Virus record (IMG/VR): IMGVR_UViG_3300045988_151376
DNA: 51,907 bases
Strand: one strand, 5' to 3'
From: a virus
Shown here: positions 1 to 6,307 of the stretch, piece after piece
Layout: every line of letters starts with the position of its first letter
How positions within the stretch are numbered: position 1 is the stretch's first letter
Notes under the pieces: generated by a model
Seen by the model: only the letters and a program-made list of their open reading frames with translations
What the model was told of the DNA's origin: nothing
Database searches by the model: none
Position numbers and translations under genes: made by a program

Positions 1-99
1 CGGTTTCAAGACTCCTTCATTATCGGTGTGAAGGTGCTCGGCGTCAAGCTCATAGCTCGCTCGTGGATGGTAATTCTTATGACCACCACGAAAAAAAAG
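1..99. repeat. Terminal direct repeat, identical to 51809..51907 (circular closure or assembly overlap)
   Basis: Hand comparison: bases 1..99 (cggtttcaagactcc...ccacgaaaaaaaag) match the last 99 bases of the window exactly. Confidence 0.95.
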
Positions 100-246
100 G
101 CTCGAAAGAGCGTTTCTTCCCACTTGGGAAGATGGAAGCTCATCTTCTGTACCGAATATCGTCATTGGCGAACTGGTAAGTTGATGCGTGCTTCCGACTA
201 TGGTTACAAGGCTTGGCCGTTCAAGGTTTGGGTTCCTGTGACTTAA
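28..246 (+). CDS. Hypothetical 72-aa W/K/R-rich ORF of doubtful coding status
   Basis: Only long ORF in this region. GTG start, no recognisable domain. Followed by the hairpin at 251..286. Joining the circle does not extend it (in-frame TGA at 51803..51805). Confidence 0.2.
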   Translation: MKVLGVKLIARSWMVILMTTTKKKARKSVSSHLGRWKLIFCTEYRHWRTGKLMRASDYGYKAWPFKVWVPVT

Positions 247-250
247 TGTG

Positions 251-286
251 AAAAACGCCCTGAGGATACGTCCTCGGGGCGTTTTC
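251..286. terminator. Bidirectional hairpin between convergent ORFs
   Basis: aaaaacgccctgagga-tacg-tcctcggggcgttttc: long imperfect stem flanked by an A-run and a T-run. Confidence 0.55.
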
Positions 287-541
287 TTACGCAACATTTT
301 CATCCTCTGTCTGAGCAAGGAGGACTGTCCCGCCTTTTATTCGATCCTTCCAGGCTGTCACCTCATCGACCTTGAATCGGGACAGACGGCCGAACTTGAT
401 GGGCTTCGGAAAGTCGGGCTCGTATTTCACCAATTTCCACACTGAGCTTTCGCCGATTTGCAGAGAGGCCGCGACGCCCTTAGCGTCGATCATGAACACC
501 CCGATGGGGGCGGCGTCTGCCGATTCTTCTCTCTTATGCAT
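287..541 (-). CDS. AlpA-family HTH protein, likely excisionase or prophage regulator
   Basis: The sequence IDAKGVAASLQIGESSVWKLVKYEPDFPKPIKFGRLSRFKVDEVTAWKD fits the AlpA/Xis pattern (HTH, then FP.PikiG...rW...ev..W). An internal Met at 493 is an alternative start. Confidence 0.65.
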   Translation of the reverse strand: MHKREESADAAPIGVFMIDAKGVAASLQIGESSVWKLVKYEPDFPKPIKFGRLSRFKVDEVTAWKDRIKGGTVLLAQTEDENVA

Positions 542-661
542 GATCTCAACTCCTTAGCTGTTCGTTTTGCGCCATGCCCACGGCTCCTCGTCAAAGTGCC
601 ATGCGATGGCGTCAAGGTCTTCTTTTTGGTTATTTGTGAACTCGATCATCGTTATTCCGAT

Positions 662-686
662 AAAAAGCCCGGCATCAAGTCGGGCG
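662..686 (-). terminator. Intrinsic terminator after the Rha gene at 730..1476
   Basis: gcccg-N9-cgggc stem. The plus-strand A-run gives a U-run on the minus-strand transcript. Confidence 0.5.
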
Positions 687-729
687 CATCAATGAAAGTT
701 AGTGCCTACTCTCATTCGTGTTGCGCGAT

Positions 730-1476
730 TCATTCAAGAGAAGACTGAAGAACCTGAACAACCGAATCGCGCCATTGAATTTGGAACCCTGAGTGGTTGT
801 TGCGCTCGTAAGGTCGGTTCTCGCCGTGAGCGGAGCCTGCTTCTGTCAGTTGCCACTGCTTGCCAACTTTTTTCTGGAATCCGAGCTTTTCTAGGAGCTT
901 GTTAACCTTGGCTGCGGCGGTTGTTGGGATGAGGCGTTTGCCGATCTCGGTCGGGTTGAGTAAGGCTGTCTCCGTTACTGGCACTGATGGAATGAGAGCG
1001 CGAAATGGGTCCGTTGGCATACCAATGTCCTTTTGGACCACCGAAAGCGCGTGCGCTGCCGCTCTTTCCTGCGGAACGTTGAACGTCTTGGCGAGCGTGT
1101 TCGCGATGAAAAAGGCAGCCTGAGCGCGCTCTATTGAGTAGGCGAGAGACTGCTGCGTTTTCTCATGCTGTGAACGAAGCTCGGTTTCCATTGCGTTAAA
1201 GGCGTTGATGTACTTGAGCTTCCATTCCATCGCTTTGCCTCCAGTAAAGCCCATAACGAGCAGACTGAAGCCGTCGCGGTTCATCAAAAACTCGGGGAAC
1301 GTTTTTCCACGGGAAGAGTAGGAACTTTCGATGAAAAATTTGGCGGCGGAATTTTCCGCCGTGAGAATTTCTCGGATGGCATAAAGCACATCTTTGTGTT
1401 CTTTCCCAAAGTTGTCAGCGATCTGCCGACTGCTCACAACTACTTGGTCGTTTACGACTTCAACAATTCCATTCAT
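730..1476 (-). CDS. Rha-family phage regulatory protein or antirepressor (paralogue 1)
   Basis: N-terminus VVSSRQIADNFGKEHKDVLYAIREI...FLMNRDGFSLLVMGFTGGKAMEWKLKYINAFNAME matches the Rha-domain pattern. Confidence 0.85.
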   Translation of the reverse strand: MNGIVEVVNDQVVVSSRQIADNFGKEHKDVLYAIREILTAENSAAKFFIESSYSSRGKTFPEFLMNRDGFSLLVMGFTGGKAMEWKLKYINAFNAMETELRSQHEKTQQSLAYSIERAQAAFFIANTLAKTFNVPQERAAAHALSVVQKDIGMPTDPFRALIPSVPVTETALLNPTEIGKRLIPTTAAAKVNKLLEKLGFQKKVGKQWQLTEAGSAHGENRPYERNNHSGFQIQWRDSVVQVLQSSLE

Positions 1477-1493
1477 GGTTTGAGTTCCATAGG

Positions 1494-1530
1494 TAAAAGA
1501 AAAGCCCCGGCGCTTTTCGGCGTCGAGGCT
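1494..1530 (-). terminator. Intrinsic terminator. Member of a two-copy repeat with 10612..10647
   Basis: aaaagccccggcgcttttcggcgtcgaggct: 10-bp imperfect stem with an A-run on the plus strand. Near-identical sequence occurs downstream of the paralogue at 10671. Confidence 0.55.
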
Positions 1531-1552
1531 GTTGGTTAGAAATAGGTATCAG

Positions 1553-2449
1553 TTACGCGGGCTGATGAGCCAGCCAGTGACGGTAGCAGGGCAGGTCTTC
1601 CATCCTGTAGCCGTGCTTGCTCAGGTCGTTCTCAATGAAGTAGAGATGCATGCACGTGAAGAACTCATAGAACTGCGCGGCAAGCGGCGATTTCATCTGA
1701 TTAAGCGTGTTGTAGAACGCCTGAATCTGCGGGCGGAAGAGGTACCGCAGGCAGTAGATTCCGGCGAGAAGGTTCTTTGCCTCTGCGTCCGTGAGGTAGA
1801 AGGCAGGAATCCTTTCCGGGATTCGCTCATCGCGGTAGGTCGTTGCCTCGATGCGCTTGCGTTCGGACTCTTCTTTCTGAAGCCACTGTTCGCGGCTCAT
1901 GATCGGAGCCTTCTGGATGAAGTCGAGAGCCGCTTCGAAGTCGCGCTTCTGCAGGCAGGTGTACCGCGGGATGCGGAAATGGTCCTTGAGGGCGGAGTAG
2001 ATCACGCGGAAGTTCTTCCCGATGCCGGCGGCGCGACGTCCGACTGCGCGCTGAATCTCGCGCTGTTGGGCCTCGTCGATGTAGTCGGGGCCGCCCTCGC
2101 CTGAGAGCGCCTTTTCCATCCGGTCGAACTCATCGATATAAGCCCACTTGAACTTGTCAGCTTTCTCGCCGGTAAAGCCCATGGCGAGGAACGTGAAGCC
2201 TGCTTTCGTGAGGGCATACGCCTTGTACTTCACGATGCCCTTTCCGAGGTTGGAAGGGCGCTCAAGCTCTACGGGGATGAAGTTCCCGCGACGATCTTCC
2301 GGCGTGCGCTGGATAATGTCTTCGACGTCGCGAAGGACGTGACGATGATTCTTTTCAAAGACGGCTGAGATGTTCGTCGTAAGGACGGTAGCAAGACCGT
2401 TGCAGACAGTGATAGCGGGCGCAGTGGTGCGCGTTTTGACAGCGTTCAT
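1553..2449 (-). CDS. Rha-domain antirepressor with shared ORF6C/KilA-C-like C-terminal domain (paralogue 2)
   Basis: Start moved to the ATG at 2449, which has the SD aaggaga 6 nt upstream. Rha motif FEKNHRHVLRDVEDII...LTKAGFTFLAMGFTGEKADKFKWAYIDEFDRME. The C-terminal half is shared with 4577..5398 and 10671..11555. Confidence 0.85.
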   Translation of the reverse strand: MNAVKTRTTAPAITVCNGLATVLTTNISAVFEKNHRHVLRDVEDIIQRTPEDRRGNFIPVELERPSNLGKGIVKYKAYALTKAGFTFLAMGFTGEKADKFKWAYIDEFDRMEKALSGEGGPDYIDEAQQREIQRAVGRRAAGIGKNFRVIYSALKDHFRIPRYTCLQKRDFEAALDFIQKAPIMSREQWLQKEESERKRIEATTYRDERIPERIPAFYLTDAEAKNLLAGIYCLRYLFRPQIQAFYNTLNQMKSPLAAQFYEFFTCMHLYFIENDLSKHGYRMEDLPCYRHWLAHQPA

Positions 2450-2634
2450 GCTTGTCTCCTTGAGAGGTTTAAGAACCTCGCTCCCACTTTCGACGGTGGT
2501 GGGCGAGGCATCGCGGGGTCGAAAACCGATCTCAAGGTATCGGCCACCCGAAGGTGCCCGCGAGCCTCTCCCATAAAGGAGACTTTCACGCAAGTCTGTG
2601 ATTTTCTCTAGAAGCCCAAAATTGGGCACCTAAG

Positions 2635-2722
2635 AAAAAAAGCCGCTTCCAACGGTCGGCGGCTTTCTTGCGCCTTGAGATCAGTCGGGTTTCGACGCCC
2701 GTCCCCGTCGCTTTCACGGGGC
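2635..2722 (-). ncRNA. Candidate ~90-nt terminated leader RNA or small RNA (copy A)
   Basis: Runs from the predicted transcription start just downstream of the promoter to the hairpin agccgc-N12-gcggct plus U-run. Contains the hairpin ccccg-tgaaagcga-cgggg. Duplicated at about 5576..5660. Confidence 0.4.
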
Positions 2723-2728
2723 AGGGAT

Positions 2729-2757
2729 ATTCTGCCCGATCTTAGGCGCTGTGTCAA
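2729..2757 (-). promoter_or_regulatory. Sigma70-type promoter (TTGACA-17-CAGAAT), leader copy A
   Basis: Minus strand: TTGACA (2752..2757), 17-nt spacer, CAGAAT (2729..2734). Confidence 0.6.
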
Positions 2758-2790
2758 AATACTATATGCGTTCGTACATCGGAGAAACAG

Positions 2791-3615
2791 ATGCCTGAAG
2801 TCGTTGCCTCAAATGCTGATATTGAAGTCTTGGATAACTGCAGTCACAAGAATGGGCATCGTTACTGGCTAGCGAAGGAGTTCATGCTACGTTTGGGATA
2901 TAGCTCTTGGGACCAGTTTAGGAGGGTCATTAACAGGGCTATTGCTTCATGTGCAAAGTTAGAACTGGACGTCTCTGAGGCATTTGAACAGATCCGTAGC
3001 GACGATGGCCGACTGGTTGACTACAAGCTGAACCGGTTCGCTTGCTTTCTGATTGCGACTTACGCTAACGACAAAAAGCCTGAAGTGCAACGCATCAAGA
3101 TAGCCCTGTCTGCCTTTGCTGAGACAGTTATCCAAGCCGCAATCGACTCGAACAGCGTCCTCCGTATAGAGACGCGAGAAGATCTAAAGTCTGCGGAAAA
3201 GCTCTTGAGCTCAGCCGCAAAGGAAGCCGGAGTTAACTCAGGCGAGTTTGGGCTATTTAAAGACGCAGGATTCCGAGGCATGTACAACATGTCTCTCGCG
3301 GATCTCCGGGCCCATAAGGGCGTGATTGGTAACGGACGTAAGTCTCCAGTTTTATACGACTTCATGGGCATAACGGAACTGGCGGGCAACTTGTTCCGAG
3401 ATACGCAAACCGCGGAGCGCATTCGCAGTAAAAATGTTCGTGGGCTTAGAGAAGCCGCAGATTCTGCACGAACGGTTGGTAAAGAAGTGCGCGACATGAT
3501 GATCCGAAATAGCGGTGTCAAGCCGGAAGACTTACCCGTTGAGGAAGACGTCAAGAAAGTGAAGACTCGTCTCAAGAAGGCCAGTCGAACCATGATCAAA
3601 CATGACAAAAATTGA
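2791..3615 (+). CDS. dinD: DNA-damage-inducible protein D (DinD)-like protein
   Basis: Collinear similarity, from memory, to E. coli DinD (HMGSTELAANLFRATQTEEKL versus FMGITELAGNLFRDTQTAERI here). RBS ggagaaacag before the ATG. Opposite strand to its neighbours. Confidence 0.75.
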   Translation: MPEVVASNADIEVLDNCSHKNGHRYWLAKEFMLRLGYSSWDQFRRVINRAIASCAKLELDVSEAFEQIRSDDGRLVDYKLNRFACFLIATYANDKKPEVQRIKIALSAFAETVIQAAIDSNSVLRIETREDLKSAEKLLSSAAKEAGVNSGEFGLFKDAGFRGMYNMSLADLRAHKGVIGNGRKSPVLYDFMGITELAGNLFRDTQTAERIRSKNVRGLREAADSARTVGKEVRDMMIRNSGVKPEDLPVEEDVKKVKTRLKKASRTMIKHDKN

Positions 3616-3801
3616 ACGCATTTTGGCCAATCACGTCATTTTGATGCCGTCTGCCTAAGCGCGCATCCACGTGGGAGGCGGTTTTCACTGCTTATCCTAG
3701 AAGGCAAGCGGCATCAAGATGAAGCCCCTGGGCGGGGCTGAAATCCAAATTAAGTTTGGGGTTTATGATGATTTTTTACTCTTCATTCTGGCGGCCCCTT
3801 T

Positions 3802-3945
3802 TTAGCTGATGACGACGGACTGACGGTCTTCGAGAGCCGCGCCGGGAATGACCTCACCGGATTTTAGGGCCTTTTTGAGGGCCACTTTATCCGGGTCGAT
3901 GGTCGTTTTGACGTGCTTGAATGCGTCGGCGGCTGCGCAGCTTTT
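3802..3945 (-). pseudogene. Start-less remnant duplicating the C-terminal ~41 aa of the Gp157-like gene at 7213..7704
   Basis: The frame translates to DAFKHVKTTIDPDKVALKKALKSGEVIPGAALEDRQSVVIS*, versus EAFRRIKTTIDPDKVALKKALKDGETIPGAALEERQSVVIS* at 7213. It is bounded upstream by an in-frame TAG and has no start codon. Confidence 0.75.
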
Positions 3946-4049
3946 CTAGCTTTCTTTGCACGTGCTGACCGCGTTTTGATTGCTCTACGTGCATCACGAC
4001 TCAATTCGTGCTTAGGGCGCCGATGTGGGTGGGAGGGAATACTCATCAT
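3864..4049 (-). CDS. Doubtful 61-aa basic ORF that runs out of frame into the Gp157 remnant
   Basis: Good RBS (gaggag 6 nt upstream of ATGATG), but the C-terminal half is an out-of-frame reading of the remnant. Possibly a decayed fusion. Confidence 0.25.
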   Translation of the reverse strand: MMSIPSHPHRRPKHELSRDARRAIKTRSARAKKARKAAQPPTHSSTSKRPSTRIKWPSKRP

Positions 4050-4061
4050 GCAGGCTCCTCA

Positions 4062-4337
4062 TTACGCCCCGCGGGACTTGTAGAAATTGTGCCAATCCTG
4101 AACGAGTTGGCTGAATTCCTTGGTCTTGCTGATTTTTTTACTTAGCCACGATTCAAAATCCTCAAGTGAAGGATCTTTGACGCAGCGGCTGTACCATTGG
4201 TAAACGATAATTGCCTCACGTCCGCGGGCTGCGATTGCTTCTTGGGTCGCTAATTCGAGTCTTGCGCCCAGAGCAACATTCAAAGCGGCGCCGCCAACTA
4301 AGTGTTGCAGCGCGGTGGTGATGACTTTGACGTTCAT
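4062..4337 (-). CDS. Hypothetical protein (91 aa)
   Basis: ORF with RBS aggag. No recognisable domain. Confidence 0.55.
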   Translation of the reverse strand: MNVKVITTALQHLVGGAALNVALGARLELATQEAIAARGREAIIVYQWYSRCVKDPSLEDFESWLSKKISKTKEFSQLVQDWHNFYKSRGA

Positions 4338-4348
4338 TGGCTGAACTC

Positions 4349-4510
4349 CTAAAAAAGTACGTAACCATTAAGAACTGCCCACTGCATGAGCAGGCAGAGT
4401 GAGATACCGAGAGCGCTGATACCGGCGCCAGTCAGAAAGGCGCAGAAGATGATTGCGGTATCGCTGAACCCAGTACGTTCGTTGTGGCCGAGAAGTTTTT
4501 TCAACGTCAT
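4349..4510 (-). CDS. Possible small membrane protein (53 aa; below the ORF-track cutoff)
   Basis: Hand translation MTLKKLLGHNERTGFSDTAIIFCAFLTGAGISALGISLCLLMQWAVLNGYVLF*. The stop overlaps the RBS of the next gene. Its own RBS is weak. Confidence 0.3.
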   Translation of the reverse strand: MTLKKLLGHNERTGFSDTAIIFCAFLTGAGISALGISLCLLMQWAVLNGYVLF

Positions 4511-4521
4511 GTCGTTCTCGG

Positions 4522-4558
4522 AAAAAAGAAAGGCCCCGGCAGGTGAGTGCCGAGGCCT
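4522..4558 (-). terminator. Intrinsic terminator after the BRO-N antirepressor gene
   Basis: Minus strand: ggcctcggca-ctcacc-tgccggggcc followed by tttctttttt. Confidence 0.6.
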
Positions 4559-4576
4559 ATTAAGAAAATTAGGTGA

Positions 4577-5398
4577 TTACGCGGTTAAGCGCTTGGGCTG
4601 TTGCGAAGCCCAGTGTTGGTAGCACGAGAGATCTTTCACCGAGTATCCCTGCTTGGCTAGAGCATCTTCCATAAAGCCAAGTCCCAGATCATTAACGGCT
4701 TCCCAAAAATGAGCTGCGAGAGGGGATTTCACGCGGCGCAAGAGCGCTAAAAAGAGATTCAGATCGTCTCGAAAGAGATATCGCCAGTAATAGATAAAGA
4801 CAACGATTTTCTCGGCCATAGCCTCGTCGATCACGATTGACCCTTCGGGAATTGCCGGAGCCGAAAGCTGCGGCTTAAGTGTGCATGTCTCGATGAGTGC
4901 GAGTGCTGCTTTCATCTGATCGTGTCTTAGGTCTTTGTAGCTCGCGATCTTGAAGTAATCGTAAAGAGCGTTGTAGACCGTCTGGTAGTGAACCGATGAG
5001 TTCTTTGCGCGTGACTTGATAGCTTTGCGGATCTCGTACTGCTCTGTAGTCGTGATCAGCGCGGACTGGTCTGTTTCGTAGCGTCCCGTGCGGCGAATCG
5101 CCGGCAGAACTTCCGACGTTACCCAGCGCTTGAAGCGTTTTGCGCTCTCCAGCTTGGAGCCGAAGATCAGTGCGTAGAGGCCGGACTCGGTGACGCAGTT
5201 GACGGTTTGCGTGCGGCCCATGCTGTCGGTGATCTCGGCCTTGACGATGTCTTCAGGGTCGACAAGATCGGCAATCGCCTTACGCGGATTGCTGTGTGAG
5301 AGCGCCTTGCAGATGTCGGTTGCGACAAAAAGAGGCGCTTCAGGCGTGCCAAGGGTGCGGACGGAAGAATTCTCAAAAGAGAAAGTGAGTGCAGACAT
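4577..5398 (-). CDS. BRO-N-domain antirepressor with the same shared C-terminal domain (paralogue 3)
   Basis: N-terminus FENSSVRTLGTPEAPLFVATDICKALSHSNPRKAI...SGLYALIFGSKLESAKRFKRWVTSEVLPAIRRTG fits BRO-N. The C-terminus aligns with paralogues 2 and 4 (VKSPLAAHFWEAV...GYSVKDLSCYQHW). SD aaggaga. Confidence 0.85.
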   Translation of the reverse strand: MSALTFSFENSSVRTLGTPEAPLFVATDICKALSHSNPRKAIADLVDPEDIVKAEITDSMGRTQTVNCVTESGLYALIFGSKLESAKRFKRWVTSEVLPAIRRTGRYETDQSALITTTEQYEIRKAIKSRAKNSSVHYQTVYNALYDYFKIASYKDLRHDQMKAALALIETCTLKPQLSAPAIPEGSIVIDEAMAEKIVVFIYYWRYLFRDDLNLFLALLRRVKSPLAAHFWEAVNDLGLGFMEDALAKQGYSVKDLSCYQHWASQQPKRLTA

Positions 5399-5695
5399 TT
5401 AGGTCTCCTTAGATGCGTTGAATGCCGCTCGCACGGTTCCAATCGTGGCGGGCGGGCTTGTAGGTTTGGAACGCCGCTCTAAGGAAACGGCCCCTCGAAG
5501 AGGGTCCTACAAGCCCACCCATAAAGGAGGCTTGTCGATGACGTAACTGCCGGTTACGCCATCCTGCACATCAAATAAAAAGCCGCTTCCAACGGTCGGC
5601 GGCTTTATTGTGCGCCTTAGAGTCGGGGTTCCAATCCCGTCCCCGTCGCTTTCACGGGGCACGAACATTGTGCCCGATCTTAGGCGCTGTGTCAA
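5399..5695 (-). promoter_or_regulatory. Structured 5' leader of antirepressor paralogue 3 (copy B), same architecture as 2450..2757
   Basis: e1 CUCUAAGG (plus 5615..5622), terminator (5576..5606), e2 CCUUAGAG (plus 5477..5484), e3 UCUAAGGAG containing the SD (plus 5405..5413). Confidence 0.6.
5667..5695 (-). promoter_or_regulatory. Sigma70-type promoter (TTGACA-17-CACAAT), leader copy B
   Basis: Minus strand: TTGACA (5690..5695), 17-nt spacer, CACAAT (5667..5672). Confidence 0.6.
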
Positions 5696-5740
5696 AATGG
5701 AAAAGGAGCTTGCGACAAACGTCGCGAGGGGAGTCTTGCC

Positions 5741-6307
5741 ATGAATAATCTTTATCGATCTCTTATTTCGTTGGCTACCGTGTTCCCGTTGAGCATCACG
5801 TTCAGCTATTTGTACTCGGATTGGCTGCTGAGCCTGTTGCCTGATGTGGTCTCTCATTTCTTAGAAGCTCACCTGAACGCGCAGCTGGTATTCGTTTTGT
5901 GCGCAGTGGTGTTCAACTATGCTCTTGGGCAAATAATCCTGATCTACCTCGGGTGGGTCGCGACGAAGTTGGATCGACTCCCCGTGAAGCTAACAAGCGT
6001 CAAAGAGCTGGGCACAGATAGCCTGTTGGCCTATCTGCCATATGTTCTTCCTTTGTTCATGATCCAGGGAGATCGCCAAGAGCCGACGGGGTGGTTGCTT
6101 GGCGGGATCTTGTTGTTGATCCTCTCGTGGGCGTCAATGACGATTGCTTTTTCCCCATTGCTGCGAATTTGTGGAATGCGCTTTTTTGAGGCCACGCGAC
6201 CAGACGGCACTACTGTGACGGTGTTGATCAAAAATCCCAGCCTTAGGCCGTTGCGATTGACGGAAGCTTCAAGTATTTCGGATAACTGCTTGTATGGATT
6301 GAAATGA
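5741..6307 (+). CDS. Four-TM membrane protein, first gene of an AT-rich two-gene island (KwaA-like architecture)
   Basis: Four hydrophobic segments (SLISLATVFPLSITF, LVFVLCAVVFNYALGQIILIYLGWV, LLAYLPYVLPLFMI, WLLGGILLLILSWASMTIAF) and a soluble tail. The stop overlaps the next start (ATGATG). Opposite strand to its neighbours. Confidence 0.7.
   Translation: MNNLYRSLISLATVFPLSITFSYLYSDWLLSLLPDVVSHFLEAHLNAQLVFVLCAVVFNYALGQIILIYLGWVATKLDRLPVKLTSVKELGTDSLLAYLPYVLPLFMIQGDRQEPTGWLLGGILLLILSWASMTIAFSPLLRICGMRFFEATRPDGTTVTVLIKNPSLRPLRLTEASSISDNCLYGLK

Larger units (their letters stand above)
2450..2757 (-). promoter_or_regulatory. Structured 5' leader of antirepressor paralogue 2 (copy A): promoter, decoy element, terminator, anti-SD element, SD
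   Basis: Minus-strand RNA elements: e1 UCUCAAGG (plus 2673..2680), terminator (2635..2664), e2 CCUUGAGA in a hairpin loop (plus 2530..2537), and e3 UCUCAAGGAG containing the SD (plus 2456..2465). See findings. Confidence 0.6.

Noticed and set aside
1532-2104. 190-aa plus-strand ORF, and other ORFs overlapping the antirepressor genes (2002..2217, 2148..2342, 5167..5442, 5190..5402, 11091..11303)
   Set aside because: They are antisense to, or out of frame with, Rha or BRO-N genes that have clear domain signatures.
2450-2629. N-terminal 60-codon extension of the 1553..2629 ORF; likewise ORF 5507..5857 and short ATG-led leader ORFs starting at the conserved CCTTTATGGG box
   Set aside because: The extension has no RBS, while the internal ATG at 2449 has a strong SD. 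The region is better explained as a structured leader. The two leader ORFs are not conserved in sequence or in stop position.
2745-2765. Possible LexA box (CTGTGTCAAAATACTA) upstream of the DinD-like gene
   Set aside because: Two mismatches in the ACAG half. The same CTGT is part of the duplicated leader repeat, whose second copy lacks the right half. The host LexA consensus is unknown.
3642-3716. Imperfect 13-bp inverted repeat (gatgccgtctgcc / ggcaagcggcatc) downstream of the DinD-like gene
   Set aside because: The ~50-nt loop and two mismatches give weak structure. No associated feature suggests a function beyond possible transcript-end structure.
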